Assembly (NCBI GenBank): GCA_049860595.1
Contig: CP187551.1
From: Methanocaldococcus sp. 16A
GTDB lineage: Archaea; AGJL01; Methanococci; Methanococcales; Methanocaldococcaceae
DNA: 64,000 nucleotides
Reading direction: 5' to 3' (one strand)
Shown here: piece by piece, positions 1 through 9,976 of the stretch
Numbering within the stretch: position 1 is the first letter of the stretch
Layout of the letters: every line of letters starts with the position of its first letter
Made by a program: the position numbers and the translations under genes
The notes under the pieces: generated by a model
What the model was told of the DNA's origin: nothing
Seen by the model: only the letters and a program-made list of their open reading frames with translations
Database searches by the model: none

Positions 1-640
1 AGTTGTTGTAAGTTGTTCCAGAGCCAACAATAACAGGAACATCAACCAATTCTTTAGCTAATTTTAGTTTTTCAACATCTACCTCTTTTCCAGTTCTCTT
101 TCCACTAACAACTACAGCATCAGCTAAACCTCTCTCAACGGTATCTACTAATGAGCTTTCAAAATCCATAAAATGATATGCATGCTTCACATGAACATCT
201 GCAAAAACCTTTATTTTACTTGGAAGTAATTTTTTTAGCATTGCTAATTCATGAGCTTTTCCCTCAATAATTCCTTGGTCAGTAAATGCTACTCCAGAAA
301 GAACATTAACCCTAATGAAATCTGCTTTAACCGCATAGGCAATTGAATAAGCTCCAATGGCATCGTTTCTTAGAACATTTATTCCTAATGGAAGAGATAT
401 TTCTTCCCTTATAGCTTTGGCTATTACTGTCATTGAAGCTATGGTTATTTTATCTACTTCTTTTTTAAATGGGACGTCTCCAAAATTTTCAATTAATATA
501 GCATCAAAATTAGCATCTTCAAGCTTTTTACTCTCCTTTATAGCAAAATCTAAAATTTCATCAAAATCTTCATTATAATGATAAGAGCCAGGCAATGGCT
601 TTAAATGAACCATTCCAATTAAAGGTTTTTTCTCAAACAT
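1..640 (-). CDS. BtpA/SgcQ family TIM-barrel protein (3' end outside window)
   Basis: Manual translation from ATG at 640: MFEKKPLIGMVHLKPLPGSYHY...ENFGDVPF...GINVLRND, typical BtpA motifs; RBS-like GAGTGA upstream. Confidence 0.85.
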   Translation of the reverse strand, partial: MFEKKPLIGMVHLKPLPGSYHYNEDFDEILDFAIKESKKLEDANFDAILIENFGDVPFKKEVDKITIASMTVIAKAIREEISLPLGINVLRNDAIGAYSIAYAVKADFIRVNVLSGVAFTDQGIIEGKAHELAMLKKLLPSKIKVFADVHVKHAYHFMDFESSLVDTVERGLADAVVVSGKRTGKEVDVEKLKLAKELVDVPVIVGSGTTYNN

Positions 641-669
641 GGTATCACTCAATCAAATAAAGATTTCTT

Positions 670-2196
670 TTAAAATTCACTAACAATCTTTTTCTTTAAC
701 ATATCTAAGAATTCATTAATCCTCTTTTTTGAAAATCCATATTTCTTAGCAACTTTGTAAATCATCTTCTCTCCACCACTTCCATATTGAGCGGCTTTTT
801 TTGGTCTGAATGCAATATAATCTGGTAAATATTTTGCTGCTACATCTCTTAAAATCTTCTTTCTGAGTTCAGATATTTTGTAATCTGTAGGAATTGATAA
901 TGCTATTCCCACAACTTCCTCATCTAAGAATGGAACTCTCAACTCTACACCATTAGCCATTGTGCAGTGGTCATCTCTCTCTAAATTCACTTTATATAAG
1001 TTATTTACATCTTTTAATAACTCTTTTTTTAATTCTTCCTCTCCTTTTTCTTTGTAAATCCTTTCATGCCTTGCATAGCCACCAAATAACTCATCAGCTC
1101 CTTGTCCAGATAAAACAACTTTTAAACCATCTTCATTAGCCATCTCAGAAGCTACATAGATTGGAATACCAACACCTATTTTCATTAAATCAACTTCATC
1201 TATTGCTTTGGCAACTCTAAATATATATTTCTCATACTCTTCTTCTGAAATAATCTTCTTTCTCAACTTTAAATTTAAATCTTTAGCCAATCTTTCAGCA
1301 TAAATTAAATCTTCGCTATTTTCAGTTCCAACAGCATATAAAATAACTTCGCAATATTGGGAGGCTAATTTTGCAATCAATGAACTATCAACTCCACCAG
1401 AGCATATAATTCCTACTTTATCCAATCCCCTAACTCTCTTTAAAACAGCCTTTTTTAATGCTTTATCTAAATATTCCTTAGCTTCTTCATAACTTCTCTC
1501 TTTCATATAATTTAGCTCTATCTTTTTAAAGTTCTCAATGATATCAAACTTATTATCATCTAAATAATAAATTAGCTGTGAATTTGGTTTTAATGTTTTA
1601 ATTTTACTATTTAATTTATCTAAATCTTTTTCACAGCCATCAATATTTATTAATAAATGCCACAATGCCTTTCTCTCTGAAGCAAATGCAAAATAATTTG
1701 GCGTATCTATATAAAATAATGGCTTAACTCCAAATATATCCCTTGCTAATAAAACTATATTATTTGATTTGTCGTATATGGCATAGGCATAATCTCCATC
1801 TAACTCTTCCAACATTCCTTCTTCATATAAGTGAATTATGACTTCATTATCGCTATCTGTTCTAAATTCATGATATTTTTTTAAATATTCAGTTAATTCA
1901 ACATAGTTGTAAATTTCTCCATTACAAACCAGCCATATATCTTCATCTTCATTAGGTATTGGTTGAACTCCATATCTTCCAACAATTGCCAATCTGTTGT
2001 GTGCTAAGCTTAAATTTCCAATCATCTCATCTTTTAAATCCTCAACATCTTTAAAATCCTCAAAGTAAATTACTTCATCATCCAACAACAGCCCAGAGGA
2101 ATCTCTCCCCCTATGCTTTAAAATTTTCATCATATCTATTGCATATTTTGCAGGAATTTGACATTCTTTAACAATTATCCCACTTATTGAACACAT
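670..2196 (-). CDS. asnB: Asparagine synthetase, glutamine-hydrolysing
   Basis: N-terminal Ntn Cys (MCSISG), HRGRD, NGEIYN, SGGVDSS, SGQGADELFGGY. Confidence 0.9.
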   Translation of the reverse strand: MCSISGIIVKECQIPAKYAIDMMKILKHRGRDSSGLLLDDEVIYFEDFKDVEDLKDEMIGNLSLAHNRLAIVGRYGVQPIPNEDEDIWLVCNGEIYNYVELTEYLKKYHEFRTDSDNEVIIHLYEEGMLEELDGDYAYAIYDKSNNIVLLARDIFGVKPLFYIDTPNYFAFASERKALWHLLINIDGCEKDLDKLNSKIKTLKPNSQLIYYLDDNKFDIIENFKKIELNYMKERSYEEAKEYLDKALKKAVLKRVRGLDKVGIICSGGVDSSLIAKLASQYCEVILYAVGTENSEDLIYAERLAKDLNLKLRKKIISEEEYEKYIFRVAKAIDEVDLMKIGVGIPIYVASEMANEDGLKVVLSGQGADELFGGYARHERIYKEKGEEELKKELLKDVNNLYKVNLERDDHCTMANGVELRVPFLDEEVVGIALSIPTDYKISELRKKILRDVAAKYLPDYIAFRPKKAAQYGSGGEKMIYKVAKKYGFSKKRINEFLDMLKKKIVSEF

Positions 2197-2229
2197 ATCT
2201 CTCACATTTTTAAATATGCTATCAATTTA

Positions 2230-2337
2230 TAGTTGTGTGCAAAATAAAATAAACTTTAAAAGGAAAATTTGAATGCCTTCCAAAAGGAAGGCATTCTTTA
2301 ATTCCTTATTCATTATAAGCACTTTTGCACACAACTA
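2230..2337. mobile_element. MITE-like element, family B, copy 1
   Basis: TIR TAGTTGTGTGCAAAA/TTTTGCACACAACTA, flanking TA on both sides, central hairpin GAATGCCTTCC-AAAA-GGAAGGCATTC; near-identical copy at 40901. Confidence 0.85.
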
Positions 2338-2387
2338 TATAACTCTAAACAAATATTTATAGATAATTAATTTTGAGAGGTTTTAAA

Positions 2388-2969
2388 ATGGACGCTTTAA
2401 TTATGGCTGGTGGCAAAGGAACGAGAATGGGAAATGTGGAAAAGCCATTAGTTAAAGTTAATAGTAGATGTCTTATAGATTATGTCATATTCCCTTTATT
2501 AAAATCAAAGATAAAAAATATATTCATTGCTGTATCACCCAATACTCCAAAAACAAAAGAATACGTAATATCAACTTATAAGAGTTATAAAAATATTTCA
2601 GTTATATATACTTCTGGTAACGGTTATATAGAAGATTTAAATGAATGCATTGAATATTTCTCAGAGCCATTTTTAGTTGTTAGCTCTGATTTGATTAACT
2701 TAACATCGAAAATTATTAATAGTATAGTTGATTATTTTTACTGTATTAAATCTAAAAATCCAGATGTTGAGGCTCTGGCTGTTATGATTGATAAGGAAAG
2801 ATATCCAAATCCATCAATATCTTTTAATAACTTAGTTCCTGTGGGGATAAATGTTTTGTCCCCAAAGCAGGGATATCAAAAAGAAGAAATTATGGTTATT
2901 GATGAGTTGGTATTTAATGTTAATACTAAAGAGGATTTAAAACTTGCTGAAATACTTTTGAGGGGATAA
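2388..2969 (+). CDS. cobY: Adenosylcobinamide-phosphate guanylyltransferase
   Basis: MDALIMAGGKGTRMG..EKP NTP-transferase motif, C-terminal NVNTKEDL. Confidence 0.8.
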   Translation: MDALIMAGGKGTRMGNVEKPLVKVNSRCLIDYVIFPLLKSKIKNIFIAVSPNTPKTKEYVISTYKSYKNISVIYTSGNGYIEDLNECIEYFSEPFLVVSSDLINLTSKIINSIVDYFYCIKSKNPDVEALAVMIDKERYPNPSISFNNLVPVGINVLSPKQGYQKEEIMVIDELVFNVNTKEDLKLAEILLRG

Positions 2970-2970
2970 A

Positions 2971-3237
2971 ATGGAAAAAATGCCTGCTAAGTTGTTATTT
3001 GAAAGAAATGTAATAGGAAATATGGGTAGTGTAATAGGTAAAGTTAAGGATATTATTTTTGATGAAAAAGTTGGAAAATTAGTTTCTTTAGAGATTGAAC
3101 CTGTTGAACATAGCCCAGTATATATTGAAGAGGGAAAAAATGTTTTAATTCCTTATAAAATTGTAGTTGCTGTTAAAGATGTTGTCGTAATAGATGAAAA
3201 ATGTTTAAATAGAGTTAATATAAGACCTTCAACTTAA
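2971..3237 (+). CDS. PRC-barrel domain protein
   Basis: IGKVKDIIFDEKVG...LIPY..V.AVKDVVVI PRC-barrel pattern. Confidence 0.8.
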   Translation: MEKMPAKLLFERNVIGNMGSVIGKVKDIIFDEKVGKLVSLEIEPVEHSPVYIEEGKNVLIPYKIVVAVKDVVVIDEKCLNRVNIRPST

Positions 3238-3283
3238 TAAATTTTATTAAATTTAATATAAAAACTATTTTTTGGTGTGGAAA

Positions 3284-4171
3284 ATGGAATTTACAAAGAT
3301 GCATGCACTTGGGAATGATTACATAGTTATTAACGAATTTGATGGAGAAAAGGTTAAAGAAGAGGAAAAAGGAAATTTTGCTAAAAAAATTTGTAGAAGA
3401 GGTTTTTCAGTTGGGGCTGATGGAGTTATATTTATCCAAAAACCTACATCTGATGAATATGATGTGAGATTTAGAATCTTCAACAGTGATGGTTCTGAGG
3501 CTGAGATGTGCGGCAACGGTATAAGATGCTTCTCAAAATACGTTTATGAGAGGATAATGAAAAAAAATCCTTTAAAAGTAGAGACAAAAGGGGGTTTAAG
3601 AATTTCTGAAATGGAAATAGAAGGAGATGAAGTAAAGAAGATTAAAGTTTATATGGGTGTTCCAAAGTTTAAATTAAAAGATATACCAATGGTTATTGAA
3701 GGTTATAAAGAAGATGATGAATTTTTAAATGGAGAGTTAAAATTAAAGAATCCATATTTACCTAAAGTTAAGTTAAGTGTTGTAAATGTAGGAAATCCAC
3801 ATGCAGTTATATTTGTTGAAGATAACGGCATTGATTTAGATTTTGTTAGAAAACATTTAAATGTTATTGGAAAAGAAATAGAGCATCATGAAGCATTTCC
3901 AGAGAGAATTAATGTGCATTTTGTAAAGGTTTTAAGTCATAATGAAATTAGAATTGTTACTTGGGAGAGAGGAGCTGGATACACAACCGCATGTGGAACA
4001 GGAACAACAGCTTCAGTTATTATAGCTCACAAACTTGGTAAAACAAGTAATAGGGTTTTGGCTCACTTAGATGGTGGAGATTTAGAGATTGAGATTAAAG
4101 ATGATGGCGTCTATATGATTGGAGATGCAGTAATGGTTTATGATGCTAAATTACTAAATATTGGATGGTAA
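3284..4171 (+). CDS. dapF: Diaminopimelate epimerase
   Basis: FTKMHALGND, EMCGNGIRC, VGNPH, ERGAGYTTACGTG. Confidence 0.95.
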   Translation: MEFTKMHALGNDYIVINEFDGEKVKEEEKGNFAKKICRRGFSVGADGVIFIQKPTSDEYDVRFRIFNSDGSEAEMCGNGIRCFSKYVYERIMKKNPLKVETKGGLRISEMEIEGDEVKKIKVYMGVPKFKLKDIPMVIEGYKEDDEFLNGELKLKNPYLPKVKLSVVNVGNPHAVIFVEDNGIDLDFVRKHLNVIGKEIEHHEAFPERINVHFVKVLSHNEIRIVTWERGAGYTTACGTGTTASVIIAHKLGKTSNRVLAHLDGGDLEIEIKDDGVYMIGDAVMVYDAKLLNIGW

Positions 4172-4174
4172 ATT

Positions 4175-5023
4175 ATGAAAGATACTAAAATTAACTTAAC
4201 TGTTGAATATAAAGGAAAATTAATTACGCCAAATCAAATAAAACTCTTAATAGCTTTACATAAAACAAAATCCCAAAATGAGGCATCTAAGTTATTAAAT
4301 ATATCCCCTTCTTCTTTTAATATTCAATTAAAAAGATTAGAAAATAAGTTGGGAGTTAAATTATACTATTCCTCTCCAAATGGGACTGTTTTAACAGATA
4401 CTGGATTAGAGATTTTAGAAACCTACAACATACATAGTAAAAGACTAAAACATCACTTTTTTACAGTTTCTGGGTTTGTAAGTGGAGAGATTGCCAAAAT
4501 ATTATTTGAAAATCCACTAATAACATCTTTTGATAATGCTTTAAGATTATTAAAAATGGGTTTTGTTGATATTTTGGGAGTTGATGATAGCTACTGGATT
4601 TATAGGTTGGGTGATGAGAGGTTTTTGAAGTCAGAAATTGGTAGTACTGATTTTAATATATTTTTAATAGCCTATGACAACTTTGTAATGGTTAGTAAAA
4701 AAGAGTTTGATTACAAAAATTTAGTAGGAATTAGATTTAGCTCTCAAAGAATAGTTTATAATATTTTAAAGAAGGAAGGGATAAAATTTAAGGTAAAAAT
4801 TAAAACAAAAAATCCATTTAGGGCTATAGAGTTGGTTGAAGAGGGATATAGCTTATTTTTAAATGAAAGCTTGTTAAGATATGTAGATGATTATAATATA
4901 ATTTATCCTAAATTTTATGAAAAGACAGTTCATGCAATAAACTTTATAAGTTTTGGTAGAGAAGTTGAAATAGATAAAAAAGAACTTAAAAAAATAAAAA
5001 AATTGGGGTTTAAAATTCTATAG
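4175..5023 (+). CDS. LysR/ModE-like N-terminal wHTH transcription regulator
   Basis: SQNEASKLLNISPSSFNIQLKRLENKLGVKL...GTVLTDTG helix-turn-helix. Confidence 0.7.
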   Translation: MKDTKINLTVEYKGKLITPNQIKLLIALHKTKSQNEASKLLNISPSSFNIQLKRLENKLGVKLYYSSPNGTVLTDTGLEILETYNIHSKRLKHHFFTVSGFVSGEIAKILFENPLITSFDNALRLLKMGFVDILGVDDSYWIYRLGDERFLKSEIGSTDFNIFLIAYDNFVMVSKKEFDYKNLVGIRFSSQRIVYNILKKEGIKFKVKIKTKNPFRAIELVEEGYSLFLNESLLRYVDDYNIIYPKFYEKTVHAINFISFGREVEIDKKELKKIKKLGFKIL

Positions 5024-5650
5024 GTGGATTTTGTGAATGCTTTTGACAAATACGCTGAGGAATATGATAGATGGTTTGATGAAAACTCTATTATTTACAA
5101 ATCAGAGATTGAGGCATTAAAAAGGCATATTCCAAAAGGAAAAGGATTAGAAATTGGAGTAGGTACTGGAAGATTTGCCAAACCTTTTGATATAAAAATT
5201 GGTGTTGATGTATCAAAAGAAATGGCAAAAATTGCTGAAAAAAGAGGAATAAAAGTTATAATAGCAAAAGGTGAAGATTTACCTTTTAAAGATAAAGAGT
5301 TTGATTTCGTTTTAATAAATACTGTTTTGGAATTTTCAGAAAATCCAAAAAAGATGATAGAAGAAGCAAAGAGAGTTTTAAAGAAAGGAGGAAAGATAAT
5401 TATTGGAATTATAGATAAGAATAGCTTTTTAGGAAAGATATATGAGAAAAAGAAGGAAAAAAGTTTATTTTATAGAGATGCTAATTTTTTATCAGCTAAG
5501 GACGTTATAGAAATGCTAAATGGATTAGGATTTAGAAATATAAAATCTACTCAGACAATTTTTAAAGAAATTGATAAAGTTGATAAGGTTGAAGTTAAAG
5601 AAGGTTATGGAGAAGGAGGATTTGTAGCAATCTCAGCTGAAAAGGTTTAA
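5024..5650 (+). CDS. Class I SAM-dependent methyltransferase
   Basis: LEIGVGTGRF motif I, LPFKDKEFD, EAKRVLKKGG. Confidence 0.85.
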   Translation: MDFVNAFDKYAEEYDRWFDENSIIYKSEIEALKRHIPKGKGLEIGVGTGRFAKPFDIKIGVDVSKEMAKIAEKRGIKVIIAKGEDLPFKDKEFDFVLINTVLEFSENPKKMIEEAKRVLKKGGKIIIGIIDKNSFLGKIYEKKKEKSLFYRDANFLSAKDVIEMLNGLGFRNIKSTQTIFKEIDKVDKVEVKEGYGEGGFVAISAEKV

Positions 5651-5662
5651 TTGGTGTTAATT

Positions 5663-7747
5663 ATGAAGAAAGTTTTAGATATTTTAAGAGATTTAGGTAT
5701 AGAGGAGCTTAGACCGCCGCAAAAAAAGGCATTAGAGAGAGGTTTATTGGATAAAAATAAAAATTTTTTAATTTCTATACCAACAGCCTCAGGAAAAACA
5801 CTAATTGGAGAAATGGCTTTAATAAATCACTTATTAGATGATAACAAAAAACCTACAAATAAAAAAGGCATCTTTATAGTGCCTTTAAAGGCATTGGCAT
5901 CAGAAAAATATGAAGAATTTAAAAGCAAATATGATAGGTTTGGATTAAAAATAGCTTTATCAATTGGAGATTACGATGAAGATGAGGATTTAAGTAGATA
6001 TCATTTAATTATAACAACAGCTGAAAAACTTGACTCTCTATGGAGGCATAAAATTGATTGGATTAACGATGTTTCTGTTGTTGTAGTTGATGAAATCCAT
6101 TTAATTAATGATGAGACAAGAGGAGGGACATTAGAAATTTTATTAACTAAATTAAAAGAATTTAATATACAAATTATTGGTTTGTCAGCTACAATAGGGA
6201 ATCCAGATGAATTGGCTGAGTGGCTTAATGCTGAGCTTATAGTTGATGATTGGAGACCTGTTGAGTTAAAAAAGGGAATTTATAAAGAAGGAGTTATAGA
6301 ATACATAAATGGAGGAAATAAAGAAATAGAAGCTATTAATGATAACGATATATACAACTTAGTTGTTGATTGTGTGAAAGAAGGAGGATGCTGTTTAATA
6401 TTTTGCAACACCAAAAAAGGAGCAGTTAATGAGGCAAAAAAATTAAATTTAAAGAAATTTTTAACAGATAAGGAAAAGAGAAAGCTAAAAGAAATAGCTG
6501 AAGAGATTTTATCCATCTTAGAGCCACCAACTGAAATGTGTAAAACTTTAGCTGAATGCATTTTAAAAGGGGTTGCGTTTCATCATGCTGGTTTAACTTA
6601 TCAGCATAGAAAAATTATTGAAAAATCTTTTAGAGAGAGGTTAATTAAAGTTATTTGCTGCACTCCGACGCTTAGCGTTGGCATTAACGCGCCTTGTAGA
6701 AGGGCAATAGTTAAAGATTTAACGAGATATACAAATAGAGGAATAAGATACATTCCAATAATGGAAATTCAGCAATGTATAGGAAGAGCAGGGAGACCTG
6801 GCTTAGATCCTTATGGAGAGGGAATAATAATAGTAAAAAATGATAGAGATTATTTTAGGGCTTATCAGGCATTGACTCAAAAGCCAGAGCCTATATATTC
6901 AAAGCTCTCAAATCAGGCAGTTTTGAGAATACAACTTTTAGGGCTTATAGCTACAAGAGAGATTAAAGATGAGTATGATTTAGAATGGTTTATAAAAAAT
7001 ACTTTCTATGCTCATCAATATGGAAATTTGAGGGAAGTTGCTAAGAATATTAATGAAGTCATTAGATTTTTGGAAGAAAATGAGTTTATTGTTGATTTTA
7101 TACCTACTGAATTAGGAAAGAGGGTTTCTGAACTTTACATAGACCCGCTGTCAGCCAAATATATAATAAATGGTTTATATGAAATGGAAAATGAAGAAGA
7201 GATTTATTATCTATACTTAATCTCAAAAACTTTAGAAATGAGGCCAAATTTAAGAGTTTATAAATCTGAGGAGTTGGATTTAATTGATGAAATGTATAAT
7301 CTTGGAATAAAAAGCTTTGAGATAGAGGATTTGGAGGCATTTAAAACAGCTAAAATGTTATATGATTGGATTAATGAAATTCCAGAAGATGAAATTTTAA
7401 AGAAATACAAAATTGAGCCGGGGATTTTAAGATATAAGGTTGAAAATGCTGTTTGGATGATGCATGCTTTAAAAGAGATTGCTAAAATAATTGGCAAAAG
7501 CTCAGAAATTCCAGAGAAGTTAGAAATAAGGTTGGAATATGGAGCTAAGGAAGATATTATTGAGCTTTTAAGTGTAAAATACATTGGAAGAGTTAGAGCG
7601 AGAAAGCTGTATAATGCTGGAATTAGAAGTGTTGATGATATTATAAACAATCCTTCAAAAGTAGCCTCAATTATTGGAGAAAAGATAACTAAGAAGATTT
7701 TGGATGAGTTAGGAGTTAAATTTGGACAGCAAAAATTAAATCTCTAA
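5663..7747 (+). CDS. hel308: Hel308/Ski2-like SF2 DNA helicase, no intein
   Basis: PTASGKT, DEIH, LSAT, FHHAGL, QCIGRAGRPG, C-terminal HhH (IGRVRARKLY). Confidence 0.92.
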   Translation: MKKVLDILRDLGIEELRPPQKKALERGLLDKNKNFLISIPTASGKTLIGEMALINHLLDDNKKPTNKKGIFIVPLKALASEKYEEFKSKYDRFGLKIALSIGDYDEDEDLSRYHLIITTAEKLDSLWRHKIDWINDVSVVVVDEIHLINDETRGGTLEILLTKLKEFNIQIIGLSATIGNPDELAEWLNAELIVDDWRPVELKKGIYKEGVIEYINGGNKEIEAINDNDIYNLVVDCVKEGGCCLIFCNTKKGAVNEAKKLNLKKFLTDKEKRKLKEIAEEILSILEPPTEMCKTLAECILKGVAFHHAGLTYQHRKIIEKSFRERLIKVICCTPTLSVGINAPCRRAIVKDLTRYTNRGIRYIPIMEIQQCIGRAGRPGLDPYGEGIIIVKNDRDYFRAYQALTQKPEPIYSKLSNQAVLRIQLLGLIATREIKDEYDLEWFIKNTFYAHQYGNLREVAKNINEVIRFLEENEFIVDFIPTELGKRVSELYIDPLSAKYIINGLYEMENEEEIYYLYLISKTLEMRPNLRVYKSEELDLIDEMYNLGIKSFEIEDLEAFKTAKMLYDWINEIPEDEILKKYKIEPGILRYKVENAVWMMHALKEIAKIIGKSSEIPEKLEIRLEYGAKEDIIELLSVKYIGRVRARKLYNAGIRSVDDIINNPSKVASIIGEKITKKILDELGVKFGQQKLNL

Positions 7748-7767
7748 AATTTCAAATTTTATTTTTG

Positions 7768-7865
7768 AATAGGACTTTCGCAGTTTATATATTAAATTTT
7801 GACCTTTGACACCTCTAAGTGTCCTATATTTAATAGATAAAATTCATTCTTGCGAAAGTTCTATT
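7768..7865. mobile_element. MITE-like palindromic element, family A (left border of nif island; overlaps nifE 3' end)
   Basis: TIR AATAGGACTTTCGCA/TGCGAAAGTTCTATT, central GACAC-CTCTAA-GTGTC hairpin. Confidence 0.8.
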
Positions 7866-9184
7866 TTAAACTCAATCATCTTCCAAATTGGATGATATAT
7901 TGCTTTATAAATTTCCCTTGCAAGATTTAAGAAACCAATAAATCCTGTGAATGGATAGAAATCTTGAGGAAATGATAAGAATGGGATGCCAAATTTTACA
8001 GCCATGTATTTTTCTTTTGTTCCACCAACAAAGATATCTGGCTTTTTGTGCTTAAATATCAACTCTAAATCAATTTTTGAAGCATCATCAACTAAGATAG
8101 TGTTGTCATCTACATTAATATAGGCATCTAAGTAATCTTCTAAACTCCCAAATTGTGAGCCAACAGACACAATTTCCATATCTAAATCTTTAAAGGCAGA
8201 TGTTAGCATACCAATTTTTGAAGCTCCCATAAATATGCCAACTCTTTTCCCTTTCAACTTTTCCATATAAAATAATAACTCATCCTTTATTTTTTCAAAC
8301 TCTTCTTTTATAACCTCTCTTCCCCTATCTTCAATCCCAAAGAATTTTGCAATCTCCATTATTGACTTTTGGGTGTTGCTTAATCCAATAAATGAAACCT
8401 TTAATTGTGGGATACCATATTTTTCTTCCATATAATCAGCTATATATTTACCAGTTCTTCTACAATGGACAAGATTTAGCTTAGCATTTTTTGAATTTTT
8501 TATATCTTCTATTGTGCAATCTCCTGTAAATGTTGCTATAACCTCTATACCCAATTTATTTAGCAAATCTTTAATAACCTTTGTTTCATTACATATATCA
8601 TATTCTCCAATGATATTAACTGTTAATTTATCTTTAAATCTTTTTTTGTACTCTCCTTCTTTAATTAATCTAAATAATGCCTTCATTGCAATTTCATGAC
8701 CCTTTGATTGATGATATCCGCAAAATCCAGGACAAATTATTGGAATTATAGGAACTCTTAAAATTTCTTCAGCATCTTTACAAATGCTTTCTATGTTATC
8801 TCCAATCAATGCTGGAACGCAAGTTATATAAACAAAAACCGCATCTCCTCCCAATTCTTTATGAGCTTCAATTATTGTGTTGTATAATTTTTTTTCTCCC
8901 CCATAAACTACATCTTCAATCTGCATGTCTGTTGAAGCTATGACATATCTTTTTTTCCTAACATTCTGCCCATAAAAAGCACAACCTACTGGTGAGTGTA
9001 TAATATGAAGAGTGTTTTTTATTGGAGCTAAAATCCATCTTGCTCCATAGTATGGACAGCTTCTCTGATTAACAACACCAGGAGATGATTTTTTATCTGA
9101 TAATGGAATCCCATCCTTTTTTAGTGTAATTTTGTATGGAAGAACTTTTACATTATTAGCTTTACCATAATTTGTTTTATTCAT
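7844..9184 (-). CDS. nifE: NifE-like nitrogenase cofactor scaffold subunit (no adjacent nifN)
   Basis: RSCPYYG, HSPVGC, STDMQIEDVVYGGEKKL, ITCVP, QSKGH, LVHCRR; lacks the NifD His442 motif. Confidence 0.8.
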   Translation of the reverse strand: MNKTNYGKANNVKVLPYKITLKKDGIPLSDKKSSPGVVNQRSCPYYGARWILAPIKNTLHIIHSPVGCAFYGQNVRKKRYVIASTDMQIEDVVYGGEKKLYNTIIEAHKELGGDAVFVYITCVPALIGDNIESICKDAEEILRVPIIPIICPGFCGYHQSKGHEIAMKALFRLIKEGEYKKRFKDKLTVNIIGEYDICNETKVIKDLLNKLGIEVIATFTGDCTIEDIKNSKNAKLNLVHCRRTGKYIADYMEEKYGIPQLKVSFIGLSNTQKSIMEIAKFFGIEDRGREVIKEEFEKIKDELLFYMEKLKGKRVGIFMGASKIGMLTSAFKDLDMEIVSVGSQFGSLEDYLDAYINVDDNTILVDDASKIDLELIFKHKKPDIFVGGTKEKYMAVKFGIPFLSFPQDFYPFTGFIGFLNLAREIYKAIYHPIWKMIEFKIELSQE

Positions 9185-9816
9185 ACTATCTCCTTCAGCA
9201 CTTCAATTAATTTTTTGTAATCGCTGAAGTATTCACTTGGTGGATGCAAAATGTATAAAGAGCCATTTTTGAAAATCTTAACGCCTAAAATCTCTCCCTC
9301 ACTATTCTCAATAATTGGTTCATAGTCCCAATGTTCATAATCACAAATTAAAGAGAGGGTATCAACTATCCCCAACTTTCCATCTTCATCTTCAATATCA
9401 TATATATGGCTGTATTTTTCAATTAAATCAACATATTTTGAAAATTTTTCATCTTTAGCTTTAATATCCTCCCCATCTTTACATTTAACAACGAATTTAT
9501 CTCTTGTTAGATGTTTCATCAAATAATGCTCTAATATTCTTCCTTTTGATATATTTTTGAAATATGGGTCTATAACAACAACTTTTGGCTCATTCTCGCT
9601 TTCTAAAACTTCTTTAACTTTTATATCCTTCAATATTGTGAAAATACTTGATTGATTTGCTGAATATGAAGTTAAATCCTTAAAGAATAAAGGAAGGTAG
9701 ATTATTGATAAATCATACTTTGCTACGTCTATTTTGTTGAATGGGATGAATAAACAATCCTCTACATCGTAAGAATCGACATCATCAAGTTTTTTTCCTA
9801 AGAATAAAACTTTCAT
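9181..9816 (-). CDS. Hypothetical protein translationally coupled to nifE
   Basis: 211-aa ORF, GAGGT RBS, ATGA overlap with nifE start, own NrpR/BRE/TATA cassette. Confidence 0.75.
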   Translation of the reverse strand: MKVLFLGKKLDDVDSYDVEDCLFIPFNKIDVAKYDLSIIYLPLFFKDLTSYSANQSSIFTILKDIKVKEVLESENEPKVVVIDPYFKNISKGRILEHYLMKHLTRDKFVVKCKDGEDIKAKDEKFSKYVDLIEKYSHIYDIEDEDGKLGIVDTLSLICDYEHWDYEPIIENSEGEILGVKIFKNGSLYILHPPSEYFSDYKKLIEVLKEIV

Positions 9817-9864
9817 GCTTTCAACCTCTACATTTTCTTGTTATCTTAAAATTTTTAATGAATG

Positions 9865-9900
9865 ATATATAAACTTTTCGGTATTAGGAAACTTATTTCC
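9865..9900 (-). promoter_or_regulatory. NrpR operator (GGAA-N6-TTCC, 9887-9900) + BRE + TATA
   Basis: Minus strand GGAAATAAGTTTCC-TAATA-CCGAAAAG-TTTATATA. Confidence 0.8.
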
Positions 9901-9976
9901 TTATAAATTTAAAATATTAAAATGATAAAAAATTATAAGAAAAAGTAGTTAAAAATAAAATACAGCAAAAATAGAA

